Shown here one piece after another: positions 25,816-34,804 of a stretch of DNA of 64,000 nt. A program made the position numbers and the translations under genes. This stretch comes from Candidatus Poseidoniaceae archaeon. GTDB taxonomy: Archaea > Thermoplasmatota > Poseidoniia > Poseidoniales > Poseidoniaceae. Location of the stretch: positions 67 to 64,066 of the forward strand of contig DAIUCF010000003.1 of assembly GCA_036846305.1 (NCBI GenBank), given 5' to 3'. Position 1 is the stretch's first letter. Each line of letters opens with the position of its first letter. The notes under the pieces were generated by a model, which saw nothing but the letters and a program-made list of their open reading frames with translations, was not told where the DNA came from and did not search any database.

Positions 25816-26613
25816 TGGGTCGATATCCCCGTCATAGAGTTCTTTTTCTGGGGCAGGCAGGAGTGTTTGCGAATTCTCCAGCACATCTCGAACGCTGTCT
25901 TCGATGTTTTGAGCGTTCTCCAGTAATTCACTCAAAGGAATCTCAATACCCGTAAGTTCAGAGACAGCCTCGACTGCGAGTGCTGCTGCTCTTGCATCAG
26001 GATACATCGGGCTTGCTTCAGCCAAAAGCGCTGTTACATCAATACCAAGTCTGTCGCCTTCTCCAAGAAGAAAACCAGTAATTCCAGCAACGATTCCTTG
26101 TTGGATGGGCTCAATACCGGCAAGGTGAAGCCTCTCTCGGGCTTTTTCTGACGAGCCCACTCCAAATAAGTCGCCGTTCGAAACATCTTTACTCGATTGT
26201 ACTAAGCCATCGATGATGATTAAACGATCAAATCCACCGCGAGTGAACCATTCCAAAACAGTCGATGCAAACATGATATCCTGCTCGTCCTTGAATTGAA
26301 TCTCCGATGTGAATACACCAATCCCATCGCCTTGATACACACGAACGGGATGCTTTGGAACTTCATTGTGAATAAGGGCTACAGCAGGAAATTCAGAATT
26401 TAACACGGTACCGAGTTGTCGGAGTTTCAACGATTGAATGATGTGGGATGCAGCTATTACTCCGACCATGCCTGCAGTCGTGAAACCTGCAACGGCAACA
26501 CCACCGGTAGTGAGTGGGTCTGCACCATCTTGTAAAACCAAAGCATAGCCTTTGAATTCGTGCTCCAAGTTCTCCCCTCTAAGCAATCGTAGTGCCGGCC
26601 TATGAAAAGTCAT
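25804..26613 (-). CDS. PAC2-family (proteasome assembly chaperone-like, PbaA/PbaB-type) protein, paralogue 1
   Basis: 269 aa, aligning along its length with the ORF at 39414..40211 (e.g. PMYPDARAAALAVEAVSELTGIEIPLSEL versus DPRWPDARAAATLIETLNKVLPTIDLPHQ). Ends ...DIDPSFG. Confidence 0.65.
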   Translation of the reverse strand: MTFHRPALRLLRGENLEHEFKGYALVLQDGADPLTTGGVAVAGFTTAGMVGVIAASHIIQSLKLRQLGTVLNSEFPAVALIHNEVPKHPVRVYQGDGIGVFTSEIQFKDEQDIMFASTVLEWFTRGGFDRLIIIDGLVQSSKDVSNGDLFGVGSSEKARERLHLAGIEPIQQGIVAGITGFLLGEGDRLGIDVTALLAEASPMYPDARAAALAVEAVSELTGIEIPLSELLENAQNIEDSVRDVLENSQTLLPAPEKELYDGDIDPSFG

Positions 26614-26622
26614 ACGGTGAAA

Positions 26623-29600
26623 TCATTCTTCCCAAACTGCCCAATCTTCCCAGCCTTCTTCACGGTACCACCAAACGCCTTCGTCATCTTCCCACCATTC
26701 AGTACCGTCATCATCGACAGAGATGTTATCATCTGCATCATCAGATTCTTCAGAATCTTCAGAATCTTCGGTATCAAACGATTCTTCAACCTCGGTTTCC
26801 GATTCTAAGTCAGATTCATCATACTCTTCGACTTCTCCCCTTCCATCCACTTCGTCAAACAAGGAACGCCGACGCTCTGCTGGAGGCTCACCCGCAACAA
26901 AATCATCGCCTGAGGATTTGATTTCATCGAGGCTTCTACTTGACCGAGGTGCAGGTTTTGCAACGACATCATCATCATCGTCGTCGTCGAATTCATCGAA
27001 CCAATCCTCATCTTCTTGACGAGGACGCAAGAGAACAAACGCTGCACCAGCGCCACCCAGTACGAGTAGAGCTATGATTCCGCCAACAAGAGCCCCTGAA
27101 CCTCCTTTTGATTCATCATTAGAAATATCGTCATCGTCAGAATCAACTTGAACCAACATCTCGCCGAGAGTCCACTGAATCTCGCCTTCGGAACTGGCGG
27201 AAGGAGCGGTCATGTTTGCACACCGACTCGTTCCATCGTCCAAACAGGTGAGTTGAAGCACATATCCCACGCCTTGCATTCCAGGAAATAGGCCGTCAGA
27301 AGGACCATTACGAACTGGAGTAAATTCAAACTCAAGAGTACCGTTTGCAAGCATGGTGATGAGCGTTCCGTTGCTAGGCAAAAGAGAGGATTCGAAGGAA
27401 ATTGGGGGGGGCGTGGTTGGAATAACTTTCCAGGAAAAACCAACTTGCACTTCGAATGGATTCGGATTGGTGAGGGTACAAGCAATTGCGGTATCGGTTC
27501 CGTTGTCTTCCCAAGCATATGAGGTGCTCTGACACACAATCGTACCCGGCAGAGTAGCATCTGGGAACGGAGGTAGAACAGTTGTATTGTCAGTTTGGTT
27601 TTCGGACTCATTCGTTGTCTGGTTATCTGTTAGATTCACATGTGTATTACCAAAACTAAACACGATATTGGTTGTTGAAGGGGAGTACCAATCTTGAGAA
27701 TCAGATGGATAAATGGTCAGAATATCATGAGCATCTGCTTGTCCAGTTAGCGAAATTTTGCCTCCTTTCACTTCGATGGTACCAGAGTCGGAAACATTTC
27801 CGGATTGATTTGCTATTTGCCACTCATAAGCGATGTTTGCGAGTAGGATGTTTTGGGATGGCAATTCTGGCGTCAATGTTGCCTCGGCAATGAAGAAGCC
27901 GCTCTCATTTAGGTTCAAAGTTGAGGTTGGTTGAGTTATTGTGGTTCGCAGGAGCCCCATGCCGGTGATGTTCAATGACGATGGAAGTACCGGCTGAACT
28001 GTGGCTGAACTAGAAACTCCCGAATAGGAGACGCTAATCGTAATCTCACCAATAAAGCCCGAAAATGAGGCAGATAATTCAGTTAAATCTTCGACCCCAA
28101 TTGCATACCATGTTCCGTTTGAATCCGTCGCCCCATCCACGTTGTAGTTGAGATTTTGTCCAGTCATAGTTAGCGAGAGATTCTGAGATACAAGAGGCGT
28201 TGCTCCACTGGAGAGGGTTACGTTAAGATGGAGAGAGTCAAGTGCGCTCATTTCAAAGTAAGTAGAATTTGAAAATCCAGATGTTTCGATTGATAAGGAC
28301 AGTGATGATGTTCGAATCGAATTGTTGACGGTATAAGCCGGCCCGAAAGACGAATATTGCGATGAAGTGTTACCGTATTCATCGTAAGCTACGACTGAAA
28401 CCCAATAGGCTGTACCACCTTGTAATAGCGTGCCGTTACCGTCACTTGCGAACGTTGCAGAATAATTACCTGTAAAAGCAGGTATCGTAGCTACTTCAGA
28501 ACGGTTCTCTAAAGAAAGAATTTCAGTGGTTTCGATGAATACCTTGTAATCTTGAGTTGCGTCTATCGATGCATTCCAGCCGATGGTCAGCGAACTACCG
28601 TTGTCTAGTGGCGTATCAAGAACTGTTAACCCTGTAACTGGAGCAGGAGGCGCCGGATAGGGTGCGGTAACCGTCAAACGAGATGACAGGTTACTGGTAA
28701 CGCCAAACGTATGAATTGAGCGTACTGAATAATCATATGTTTCTCCAGAGACGATGTTGGTATCTTCAGTGTCATTAAACGGGGTGGTCAGCAACGGGGT
28801 GTTGAGATCAAAAGCATCGCCTGTGTCGGTCTTAAATACCTCGAATTCAATAACATCCGTCCCGAATTCGACTATATCTTGCCACGAGAAGCCAATATAC
28901 TCGTCTGTGAGTGTATCCAACTGCAATATCGGCTCTGGAGGTAAGGCGAGGTTTGGTGCGCCCGGAGTATAATCGGCATTCAGATTTGAGAGTTTGATTG
29001 TTCCATTTTTTGTTGAATTGAACGGTAAATCGATGAGGATATTGCCGGTTCCTGCAGTCTGTAATTGGTTGATAACATTCGCAAGATTGCCTGAAGCCGC
29101 AGGGTTTGTGTCTACAAGGAATTCAACATCATAACCAAAATTTAAATCGCTAAGATTGAATGACCCGTTTCCAGTATTAGTGAAATTGAAAGATAAGGTA
29201 TTCATGTAAACCCCGTAATCCATCGGTATAAGATTTGAACCTACCATCAATGGTGAGAGAAGCGTCTGAATCAGGCCGACTGTGTCGTTAAACAACAACG
29301 GCCCTACACCATTTTGCCCGTCTCCAGCATACCCCTCAGCAAACAAATCGTACTGCCCATCAAGGTCAACATCCATTTGTATCGATGCCTGTGAGCCGAT
29401 AAACAGACCAACTGAATTCGCTTCTCCAGCAGGTATGATGTGTTCGACTAATCCATCAGAATCCATATCCGAAAACAAAGAGTTTGATGGACAAGTCCAT
29501 GGTTCTAGGGAAGTCGTTGTTACACTAATCGATGTTAACGAAATATTATACAGTGTTAAATTGCCATCTTTAGTTAATGCATTTCCGTCGCAACTTGAAA

Positions 29601-30918
29601 TATCAGGGAGAATTAAAGAAAGCGCTCCATCGTTGTCGTGGTCAGCAAGAGTCGCGTCAGTAAAAATCAGGTTTGACAGTGCTGAAGTCGTAATCCATGT
29701 CGTACCGTTGTTATCAGCAATGGTATATCCGGTAGTCGTTGGAGAAAACAAATCGATATCTCCGTCGTTATCAATGTCGCCTTTAAGAATCTCTGAACCC
29801 ATTTGATCAAAACTATACCCTTCAACAAGCAAGCCTCCATTTTCCCACACCACACGACTTGCGTGCCCGAATGAATCAACAACCACTATCGAATAATTAC
29901 TGTTAGGGCCATTGAAATAATCTCCCACGATGGCGTTCAGTTGAGCTGGAGACGTTGTCCCATTTTCATTGACTGTCAAAGTGACATTATCAAGGAATGT
30001 GTTCGACTTCGAAAGAAATTCCCTGTAAGATGTGACCCCGTTTTCATGAATTGAAATAACGTCATCATCCCCGTCGTTGTCAATATCGCCCACGGTAGCC
30101 GAAAGAAGATTTCCATAAAGCGAAATGGGCGTCGCATTACCAAGTCTGCTTGAATTTACATCATACAAGTGGAGGCATATTCGGTCATCTGCGGGGGCTA
30201 CCGAAATAACATCTGAATAGTTGTCGGCGTTAAAGTCGCCAACTGAAATTGATGTTGCTGTACCGCAGGTTGGAACCCATGAAGAAATATTTAGTCCAGA
30301 TGAGGAGTTGTAATCTACAACTGAAATTGCTGATTGGTATCCCGTTGTCGATTGGTCTAGAGAGAAAACAATTACCTCTTCCAATGTATCGTTATCAATA
30401 TCGGATAATTCAAATGCAGTAAGGGTGCCTGTAGGTAACAATCCTGCTGGGATTTCAGTTGTAAAAGAGGCATTAATTGATGCACTGCCCAAAGTTGAAT
30501 TAACTGGAATGTAAAACGGCGACGATGATGAATTTCCCGTGGAGAGGATACTCTCGACTGAATTGTTGTTAGCAAACACTGTTTGAATTCCTAAATCCCC
30601 AAACCCTTGACCTTCGTATGCCCACTCTTTTGTGCCGTCTTGATTGATATCAAGAAAAACTTGCCCGGGAGTAGACAATTCTTCATTAATTTCGAGAACA
30701 AATTCAGCATTTTGGAAGGTAACATTTCTTGGAACTTCAAGTGAAGCATTCGTGTTTGTTTGTTGTGCGACAAGAGGGATTGTTAGGGCAGCGCTACCGT
30801 TAGAGAAGAGGTTTACAGTGCCGGCCTGCCCATTCGCACTTGCTGAAAGCATAGCCCCTGATTGAGCAAATACTAGGAAAAAAAGTACGAGGATTGTTGA
30901 TGTTCGATTCGTAGCCAT
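26623..30918 (-). CDS. Giant surface protein: signal peptide, FG-GAP/VCBS-type repeats, Fn3-like domains, one TM, and a ~150-aa hyper-acidic cytoplasmic tail
   Basis: Signal peptide MATNRTSTILVLFFLVFAQSGAMLSASA. FG-GAP-like Ca loops VGDFNADNYSDVISV, VGDIDNDGDDDVISI, KGDIDNDGDIDLFS, DHDNDGALSL, DMDSDGLVEH. Fn3-like segments (FSWQDIVEFGTDVIEFEVF..., LTIGWNAS...YKVF...YWVSVVAYDEYGN). TM GALVGGIIALLVLGGAGAAFVLL. Dense N-x-S/T sequons. Confidence 0.75.
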   Translation of the reverse strand: MATNRTSTILVLFFLVFAQSGAMLSASANGQAGTVNLFSNGSAALTIPLVAQQTNTNASLEVPRNVTFQNAEFVLEINEELSTPGQVFLDINQDGTKEWAYEGQGFGDLGIQTVFANNNSVESILSTGNSSSSPFYIPVNSTLGSASINASFTTEIPAGLLPTGTLTAFELSDIDNDTLEEVIVFSLDQSTTGYQSAISVVDYNSSSGLNISSWVPTCGTATSISVGDFNADNYSDVISVAPADDRICLHLYDVNSSRLGNATPISLYGNLLSATVGDIDNDGDDDVISIHENGVTSYREFLSKSNTFLDNVTLTVNENGTTSPAQLNAIVGDYFNGPNSNYSIVVVDSFGHASRVVWENGGLLVEGYSFDQMGSEILKGDIDNDGDIDLFSPTTTGYTIADNNGTTWITTSALSNLIFTDATLADHDNDGALSLILPDISSCDGNALTKDGNLTLYNISLTSISVTTTSLEPWTCPSNSLFSDMDSDGLVEHIIPAGEANSVGLFIGSQASIQMDVDLDGQYDLFAEGYAGDGQNGVGPLLFNDTVGLIQTLLSPLMVGSNLIPMDYGVYMNTLSFNFTNTGNGSFNLSDLNFGYDVEFLVDTNPAASGNLANVINQLQTAGTGNILIDLPFNSTKNGTIKLSNLNADYTPGAPNLALPPEPILQLDTLTDEYIGFSWQDIVEFGTDVIEFEVFKTDTGDAFDLNTPLLTTPFNDTEDTNIVSGETYDYSVRSIHTFGVTSNLSSRLTVTAPYPAPPAPVTGLTVLDTPLDNGSSLTIGWNASIDATQDYKVFIETTEILSLENRSEVATIPAFTGNYSATFASDGNGTLLQGGTAYWVSVVAYDEYGNTSSQYSSFGPAYTVNNSIRTSSLSLSIETSGFSNSTYFEMSALDSLHLNVTLSSGATPLVSQNLSLTMTGQNLNYNVDGATDSNGTWYAIGVEDLTELSASFSGFIGEITISVSYSGVSSSATVQPVLPSSLNITGMGLLRTTITQPTSTLNLNESGFFIAEATLTPELPSQNILLANIAYEWQIANQSGNVSDSGTIEVKGGKISLTGQADAHDILTIYPSDSQDWYSPSTTNIVFSFGNTHVNLTDNQTTNESENQTDNTTVLPPFPDATLPGTIVCQSTSYAWEDNGTDTAIACTLTNPNPFEVQVGFSWKVIPTTPPPISFESSLLPSNGTLITMLANGTLEFEFTPVRNGPSDGLFPGMQGVGYVLQLTCLDDGTSRCANMTAPSASSEGEIQWTLGEMLVQVDSDDDDISNDESKGGSGALVGGIIALLVLGGAGAAFVLLRPRQEDEDWFDEFDDDDDDDVVAKPAPRSSRSLDEIKSSGDDFVAGEPPAERRRSLFDEVDGRGEVEEYDESDLESETEVEESFDTEDSEDSEESDDADDNISVDDDGTEWWEDDEGVWWYREEGWEDWAVWEE

Positions 30919-31069
30919 AGCGAAGCCTCAATGGAAGGCTACCACGCCCTCTTCATACCACTAGAAAGTGTGAGGGTTTTCAAGCCTTTCTTCACCGTGG
31001 AAATTGCGGCGGAATCATCGCCAAGGGTTAAATGAGGATAGAGAATAGAAGATTTGCGGAGGAATTGCA

Positions 31070-31570
31070 ATGGACGGGTCGGCAAAAATTTCGGTCACTG
31101 CTGGTGATATCGAATTTGAATTGGAAGGGGCACCGGCGGAAATTGAAGAGATGCTCATGCACCTTCGTCAAGACGATACATGGGAGATTATGATGAGTCG
31201 ACTGAAATCGGCCACGCTTGACGCCGTAGAATCGCCATCAAATGTAGCGGAGGCGTCTAGTGATGCTTCCAGAGGGGTTGCTTTTCGAAATTTAATTGAT
31301 ACTTGCGCACTCCAGAAAAAGCCCGATCAAGTTCTCGGTGCACTACATTTCTTGAGAGATGTCGAACAAATAATGGATAGTCCTCCACGGGTTATTAACC
31401 AATTGTTTGAAGATGCTGGTATAGACCCTCCAGGAAATCTTTCGCTCTATTTGAATCGATTAAGAGAACGTGAATTCCTCATCATCCCAGAAGGTAGCGA
31501 AGACAAAAACAGATTTGCTATACTTAGTTCTGAAGGAAAAGCACACATTGAGAAACGTTCGTCAAGGTAG
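31070..31570 (+). CDS. Hypothetical protein with a possible C-terminal winged-helix
   Basis: 166-aa ORF with an ATG start. The C-terminal NLSLYLNRLREREFLIIPEGSEDKNRFAILSSEGKAHIE resembles a wHTH recognition helix plus wing. Lies 8 nt upstream of the pentapeptide-repeat gene. Confidence 0.5.
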   Translation: MDGSAKISVTAGDIEFELEGAPAEIEEMLMHLRQDDTWEIMMSRLKSATLDAVESPSNVAEASSDASRGVAFRNLIDTCALQKKPDQVLGALHFLRDVEQIMDSPPRVINQLFEDAGIDPPGNLSLYLNRLREREFLIIPEGSEDKNRFAILSSEGKAHIEKRSSR

Positions 31571-31578
31571 TGTAAGTC

Positions 31579-32025
31579 ATGGTGATGTCGGGCGGAGGGA
31601 AAGATGACCCGCGTGAATCGGATAGCGAAGTCTCTGTACCCCTTGATTGGTCGTTTCAAAACCATTCGAAAGCAATTTTACGAAAGGGGCGCCATGCCGG
31701 CTCCAACTTTAGAAGAGCAATCCTAGATCATGCAGATTTAACCGAAGGCGATTTTAGTAACTCAAATTTTAAACGTGCATCAATGGTTAAGATTGATTTA
31801 ATGAAATCTGCTTTTGATGGTTCTGATTTTCGTGGAGCTGATTTAAGAAAGGCTCGATTGAATCTCTCAAACTTTCGTAATTGCAAATTTAAAGGAGCGG
31901 ATTTACGAGGAATTCGAGGCAGATATGCGATATGGCAAGGCAGTGATTGGTGGAACGCAACCATAGATGATGACCTGCGGAAAGTTCTTTCTAAAAAATG
32001 GCCTAAACCATCCTCAGATGACTAA
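31579..32025 (+). CDS. Pentapeptide-repeat protein
   Basis: Consecutive A(D/N)Lxx-type pentapeptides: ADLTEGDFSNSNFKRASMVKIDLMKSAFDGSDFRGADLRKARLNLSNFRNCKFKGADLRG. Confidence 0.8.
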   Translation: MVMSGGGKDDPRESDSEVSVPLDWSFQNHSKAILRKGRHAGSNFRRAILDHADLTEGDFSNSNFKRASMVKIDLMKSAFDGSDFRGADLRKARLNLSNFRNCKFKGADLRGIRGRYAIWQGSDWWNATIDDDLRKVLSKKWPKPSSDD

Positions 32026-32028
32026 CTT

Positions 32029-32685
32029 TTACTCTTGTTCCAAAACCACACGGTTTTCGGGGAAAAGTGCCAATCGTGCTCGAGCATTAATCAACGGCAG
32101 TGCTGCCATTCCAGCACACATAACCATGCAAACCCCGCAAAGATAGGAATACACTTCGTAAGTAAAAAGCAAAACCCCTACTAAATGTATGTCTGCGGCT
32201 TCCTTAATCAGTAAACTTCCTGCAATTCCTGTTACAAGTCCGATTACAGCCCCTGAAAGTGACAATTTCGCCCCAAGACCATTGAGGAAAAGAAGCATTA
32301 TCCCACCTACAAGTAGTAGTGCGCTGGCGACTATTAAGCCAAATCCGCGCAACGCATAACCGCCCGACTCCCTAGCAGCATCGTGGAATGTTTGGTATTG
32401 TTCGACGGTCAATTCTGTGCTGCCATCGCCTTGGCTGTTCGGAACCTCGAGAATTGCCTCGACTTCTTCATTTGAGAGGTCTTCAGAAAAGTGAAGCCCA
32501 ACATCCCCATATGCTTGAAAAAAAAGTACAATTGCCCCAAGTATCAGCAGCACTCCAATCGACTTTGGTCCTTTGGAGTCGGGGCGAATGGCGAATAAAT
32601 CCGCTGGAATCTGTGGCTCGGGCTGATTGGCATCCATGCGCATAGAAAAGCCGAGATCAACATCGGGAGAACTTGAATCGCTCAT
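32029..32685 (-). CDS. Hypothetical membrane protein (4-5 TM)
   Basis: 218-aa ORF with several hydrophobic helices (IGVLLILGAIVLFF, GFGLIVASALLLVGGIMLLFL, AVIGLVTGIAGSLLI, YLCGVCMVMCAGMAALPL). Overlaps the stop of the thioesterase gene by 4 nt. Confidence 0.5.
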   Translation of the reverse strand: MSDSSSPDVDLGFSMRMDANQPEPQIPADLFAIRPDSKGPKSIGVLLILGAIVLFFQAYGDVGLHFSEDLSNEEVEAILEVPNSQGDGSTELTVEQYQTFHDAARESGGYALRGFGLIVASALLLVGGIMLLFLNGLGAKLSLSGAVIGLVTGIAGSLLIKEAADIHLVGVLLFTYEVYSYLCGVCMVMCAGMAALPLINARARLALFPENRVVLEQE

Positions 32686-33110
32686 GCCGATGACTCCTTC
32701 AAGTGTTGAAGTAGACCTTCTTTGACATCCACAGGGATAGATTGCGATTCAAGCGTGTCCATATTGACGCACACGGTAACTTGTGTTGAATTCCATAGCA
32801 ATTCATCGTTTTGATTATGAAGTTCATATCCCCAAGTACAAGACTTCGAGCCGACTTTCTCAAGCCAAATAGTCGCATGTACAATATCTCCATAACGCAA
32901 AGGGGCGATGAAATCAGTTTCGATGTGAACAACTGGGAAACCAATTTTTCGTTCACCAATCAATTTGGGATAACTAATACCGCACATAGGCTCCCAACAT
33001 TCCTCAAAAAATCGATGGGCTAAATCATAAATTCGCGGGAAATAGGCGATGTTCGCATTATCCAGCATTGGATAGTCGACACGACGCGCCAGTTTAACCG
33101 CCATAGTCAT
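32682..33110 (-). CDS. Hotdog-fold acyl-CoA thioesterase (4HBT/YbgC-like)
   Basis: ARRVDYPMLDNANIAYFPRIYDLAHRFFEE ... ETDFIAPLRYGDIVHATIWLEKVGSKSCTWGYEL fits the 4HBT pattern. The track start (33191) abuts the tRNA, so I prefer the internal ATG at 33110. Confidence 0.65.
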   Translation of the reverse strand: MTMAVKLARRVDYPMLDNANIAYFPRIYDLAHRFFEECWEPMCGISYPKLIGERKIGFPVVHIETDFIAPLRYGDIVHATIWLEKVGSKSCTWGYELHNQNDELLWNSTQVTVCVNMDTLESQSIPVDVKEGLLQHLKESSA

Positions 33111-33213
33111 ACCAAGTGCTCGGTCATCATGAAGGCTTGTATTCCAAGCCATAAAACGAAGCAAAAAGCAACCCGTTGCGCTTATATCCAATCGGTTGGT
33201 GGACCGACTACAA

Positions 33214-33287
33214 GGCCCTATAGTGTAGCTTGGATATCACGCCGGCTTGCGGAGCCAGCAACCCGTGTTCGAATCGCGGTGGGGCCG
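33214..33287 (+). tRNA. tRNA-Arg (anticodon GCG), no encoded CCA
   Basis: Hand-folded cloverleaf. Acceptor GGCCCTA/TGGGGCC. T-arm CCGTG-TTCGAAT-CGCGG. Anticodon arm CCGGC-TTGCGGA-GCCAG, with one C-A mismatch. D-arm GTGT...TCAC. Confidence 0.75.
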
Positions 33288-33322
33288 CTCTTGTAGACGA
33301 AGAGGTTCTGCAGCCGCTCTAT

Positions 33323-33991
33323 CTACTCCATCTTCCAATCGTGCATTTGCCAAGAGTTATCAATTGCAAATTGGCGAAAGGTACCCTTCGAATTGATGGC
33401 TATTGGGTGTCCCGTAATGCGCATGAACCAAGAGTCGGCCATTGTGTTACCATAGCCATAGCATTGTTCTAAATCGTGACCATGTGCCGATGCATCTGAC
33501 TCAACAATTGCGATTTTCCCTTTACGTCGCGGTACAGACCAGCCACGCTCAGAACCACTCAGAATTCCTTCACGAAGTTCCGGGCCGCAACCATAGACCT
33601 CATCCATGCCAAGGATTTCTGCCATGGCTTCTGCCATTGGAGCAATTGTTGCAGTGACAAGAACCACTCGATGGCCGTGTGCCTTATGCCACTGTATCGA
33701 ATCTCGCGCTTCTTGAGTTATTCGAGCGGCGAGTTTTGTTCGAGCGGTTTCTATGGACAATTCTTCAAGTATCGACCAAGAGGCGAGAGAAAAATGTCCG
33801 CGATTTCGAGCCGCATCATACACAGACCTTCCGCGAAGAATATTCGATAGAAAACCTAAGCTCCACGCCATGGCCCCATATGGAATTCTCCACGGACGCT
33901 TCCTACTGAGGGCTGCAGTCAATGACTTCTCACTGGATGCATCCAAGAGCGTTCCATCAAGGTCGAAATACGCTGCAATGGCTCCTCCCAT
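33323..33991 (-). CDS. HAD-superfamily hydrolase, subfamily IB (phosphoserine-phosphatase-like)
   Basis: Motif I AAYFDLDGTLLD, motif II VVLVTAT, motif III-like KGK...GYGNTMADSWFM. Confidence 0.7.
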   Translation of the reverse strand: MGGAIAAYFDLDGTLLDASSEKSLTAALSRKRPWRIPYGAMAWSLGFLSNILRGRSVYDAARNRGHFSLASWSILEELSIETARTKLAARITQEARDSIQWHKAHGHRVVLVTATIAPMAEAMAEILGMDEVYGCGPELREGILSGSERGWSVPRRKGKIAIVESDASAHGHDLEQCYGYGNTMADSWFMRITGHPIAINSKGTFRQFAIDNSWQMHDWKME

Positions 33992-34047
33992 GAAACATGC
34001 TCGCTACACACAATACATGAGTTAAACGCCGGAAAAAAGGTATTTTT

Positions 34048-34335
34048 TCACGATTTGTTTGGAGCCTCTGTACATCCAGCCTCCCCATAAACTCGTCGAC
34101 CAGCAGTATGATCTTGCCACCATACAAGCCATTCAGAAAGATGACGGGGGATGAAAAAGCCAACCTTGCGAGGAGTCAAACCGTGATTTTTCATTGCCCT
34201 ATCGTGATTGAGATTGGCAACAATGGATTGTGCGGAGCATCCAGGATTTGCGCCTACAAAATGGAGTATTTCTGTTTTCAATCGTTCAAATCGTGCTTTC
34301 TTTTGTGAACCTTTACCAGTTTTGCGTGGAGGCAT
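34048..34335 (-). CDS. Small basic protein, possible winged-helix DNA binder
   Basis: Internal ATG giving MPPRKTGKGSQKKARFERLKTEILHFVGANPGCSAQSIVANLN... The longer track ORF (to 34464) overlaps the upstream ORF. Confidence 0.4.
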   Translation of the reverse strand: MPPRKTGKGSQKKARFERLKTEILHFVGANPGCSAQSIVANLNHDRAMKNHGLTPRKVGFFIPRHLSEWLVWWQDHTAGRRVYGEAGCTEAPNKS

Positions 34336-34393
34336 GGCTTGAAAAATTACTTCAACCCATATCAAAGAAACCTTGGAGGTCCCATATAGAACA

Positions 34394-34792
34394 TCAGTCA
34401 AATGTAACTGACTGTGTGGTTTTCCAATTCGCAGTTGCCAGTTTCTTGGCTTTACCATCGGCAATTATTGGATGGATATCTTTCAAACGGCCGTGCATGC
34501 CTTGAACCTGAAACTTAACTCGGAGTTCTGCAGATTGGTCACGGACTACTGTCTCCATTTGTATCTCATCAAGTTCCACAGATGCTAATTCCGTACCGTC
34601 AGAATGGCTACTGATTGTAAACTTTGAACCAGACACAGAAAGCGATGGTCGAAAATCCATGTCGTTAGGGTGATTCATCCATACAGATACATCGACGGAC
34701 AATGAATCTCGAATGTTTACGCGGGTAATTTCGACGGTCTCAACCATGGCAATCAAACATCCGATACGCTCCCGCTTCATACACCTTCCCAT
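34394..34792 (-). CDS. Hypothetical protein
   Basis: 132-aa ORF in the same orientation as its flanking genes. No recognisable motif. Confidence 0.4.
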   Translation of the reverse strand: MGRCMKRERIGCLIAMVETVEITRVNIRDSLSVDVSVWMNHPNDMDFRPSLSVSGSKFTISSHSDGTELASVELDEIQMETVVRDQSAELRVKFQVQGMHGRLKDIHPIIADGKAKKLATANWKTTQSVTFD

Positions 34793-34804
34793 GAGGCAAA
34801 GTCA

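Noticed and set aside
33230-33472. 80-aa plus-strand ORF
   Set aside because: It starts inside tRNA-Arg and runs antisense into the HAD hydrolase gene, with no supporting motif.
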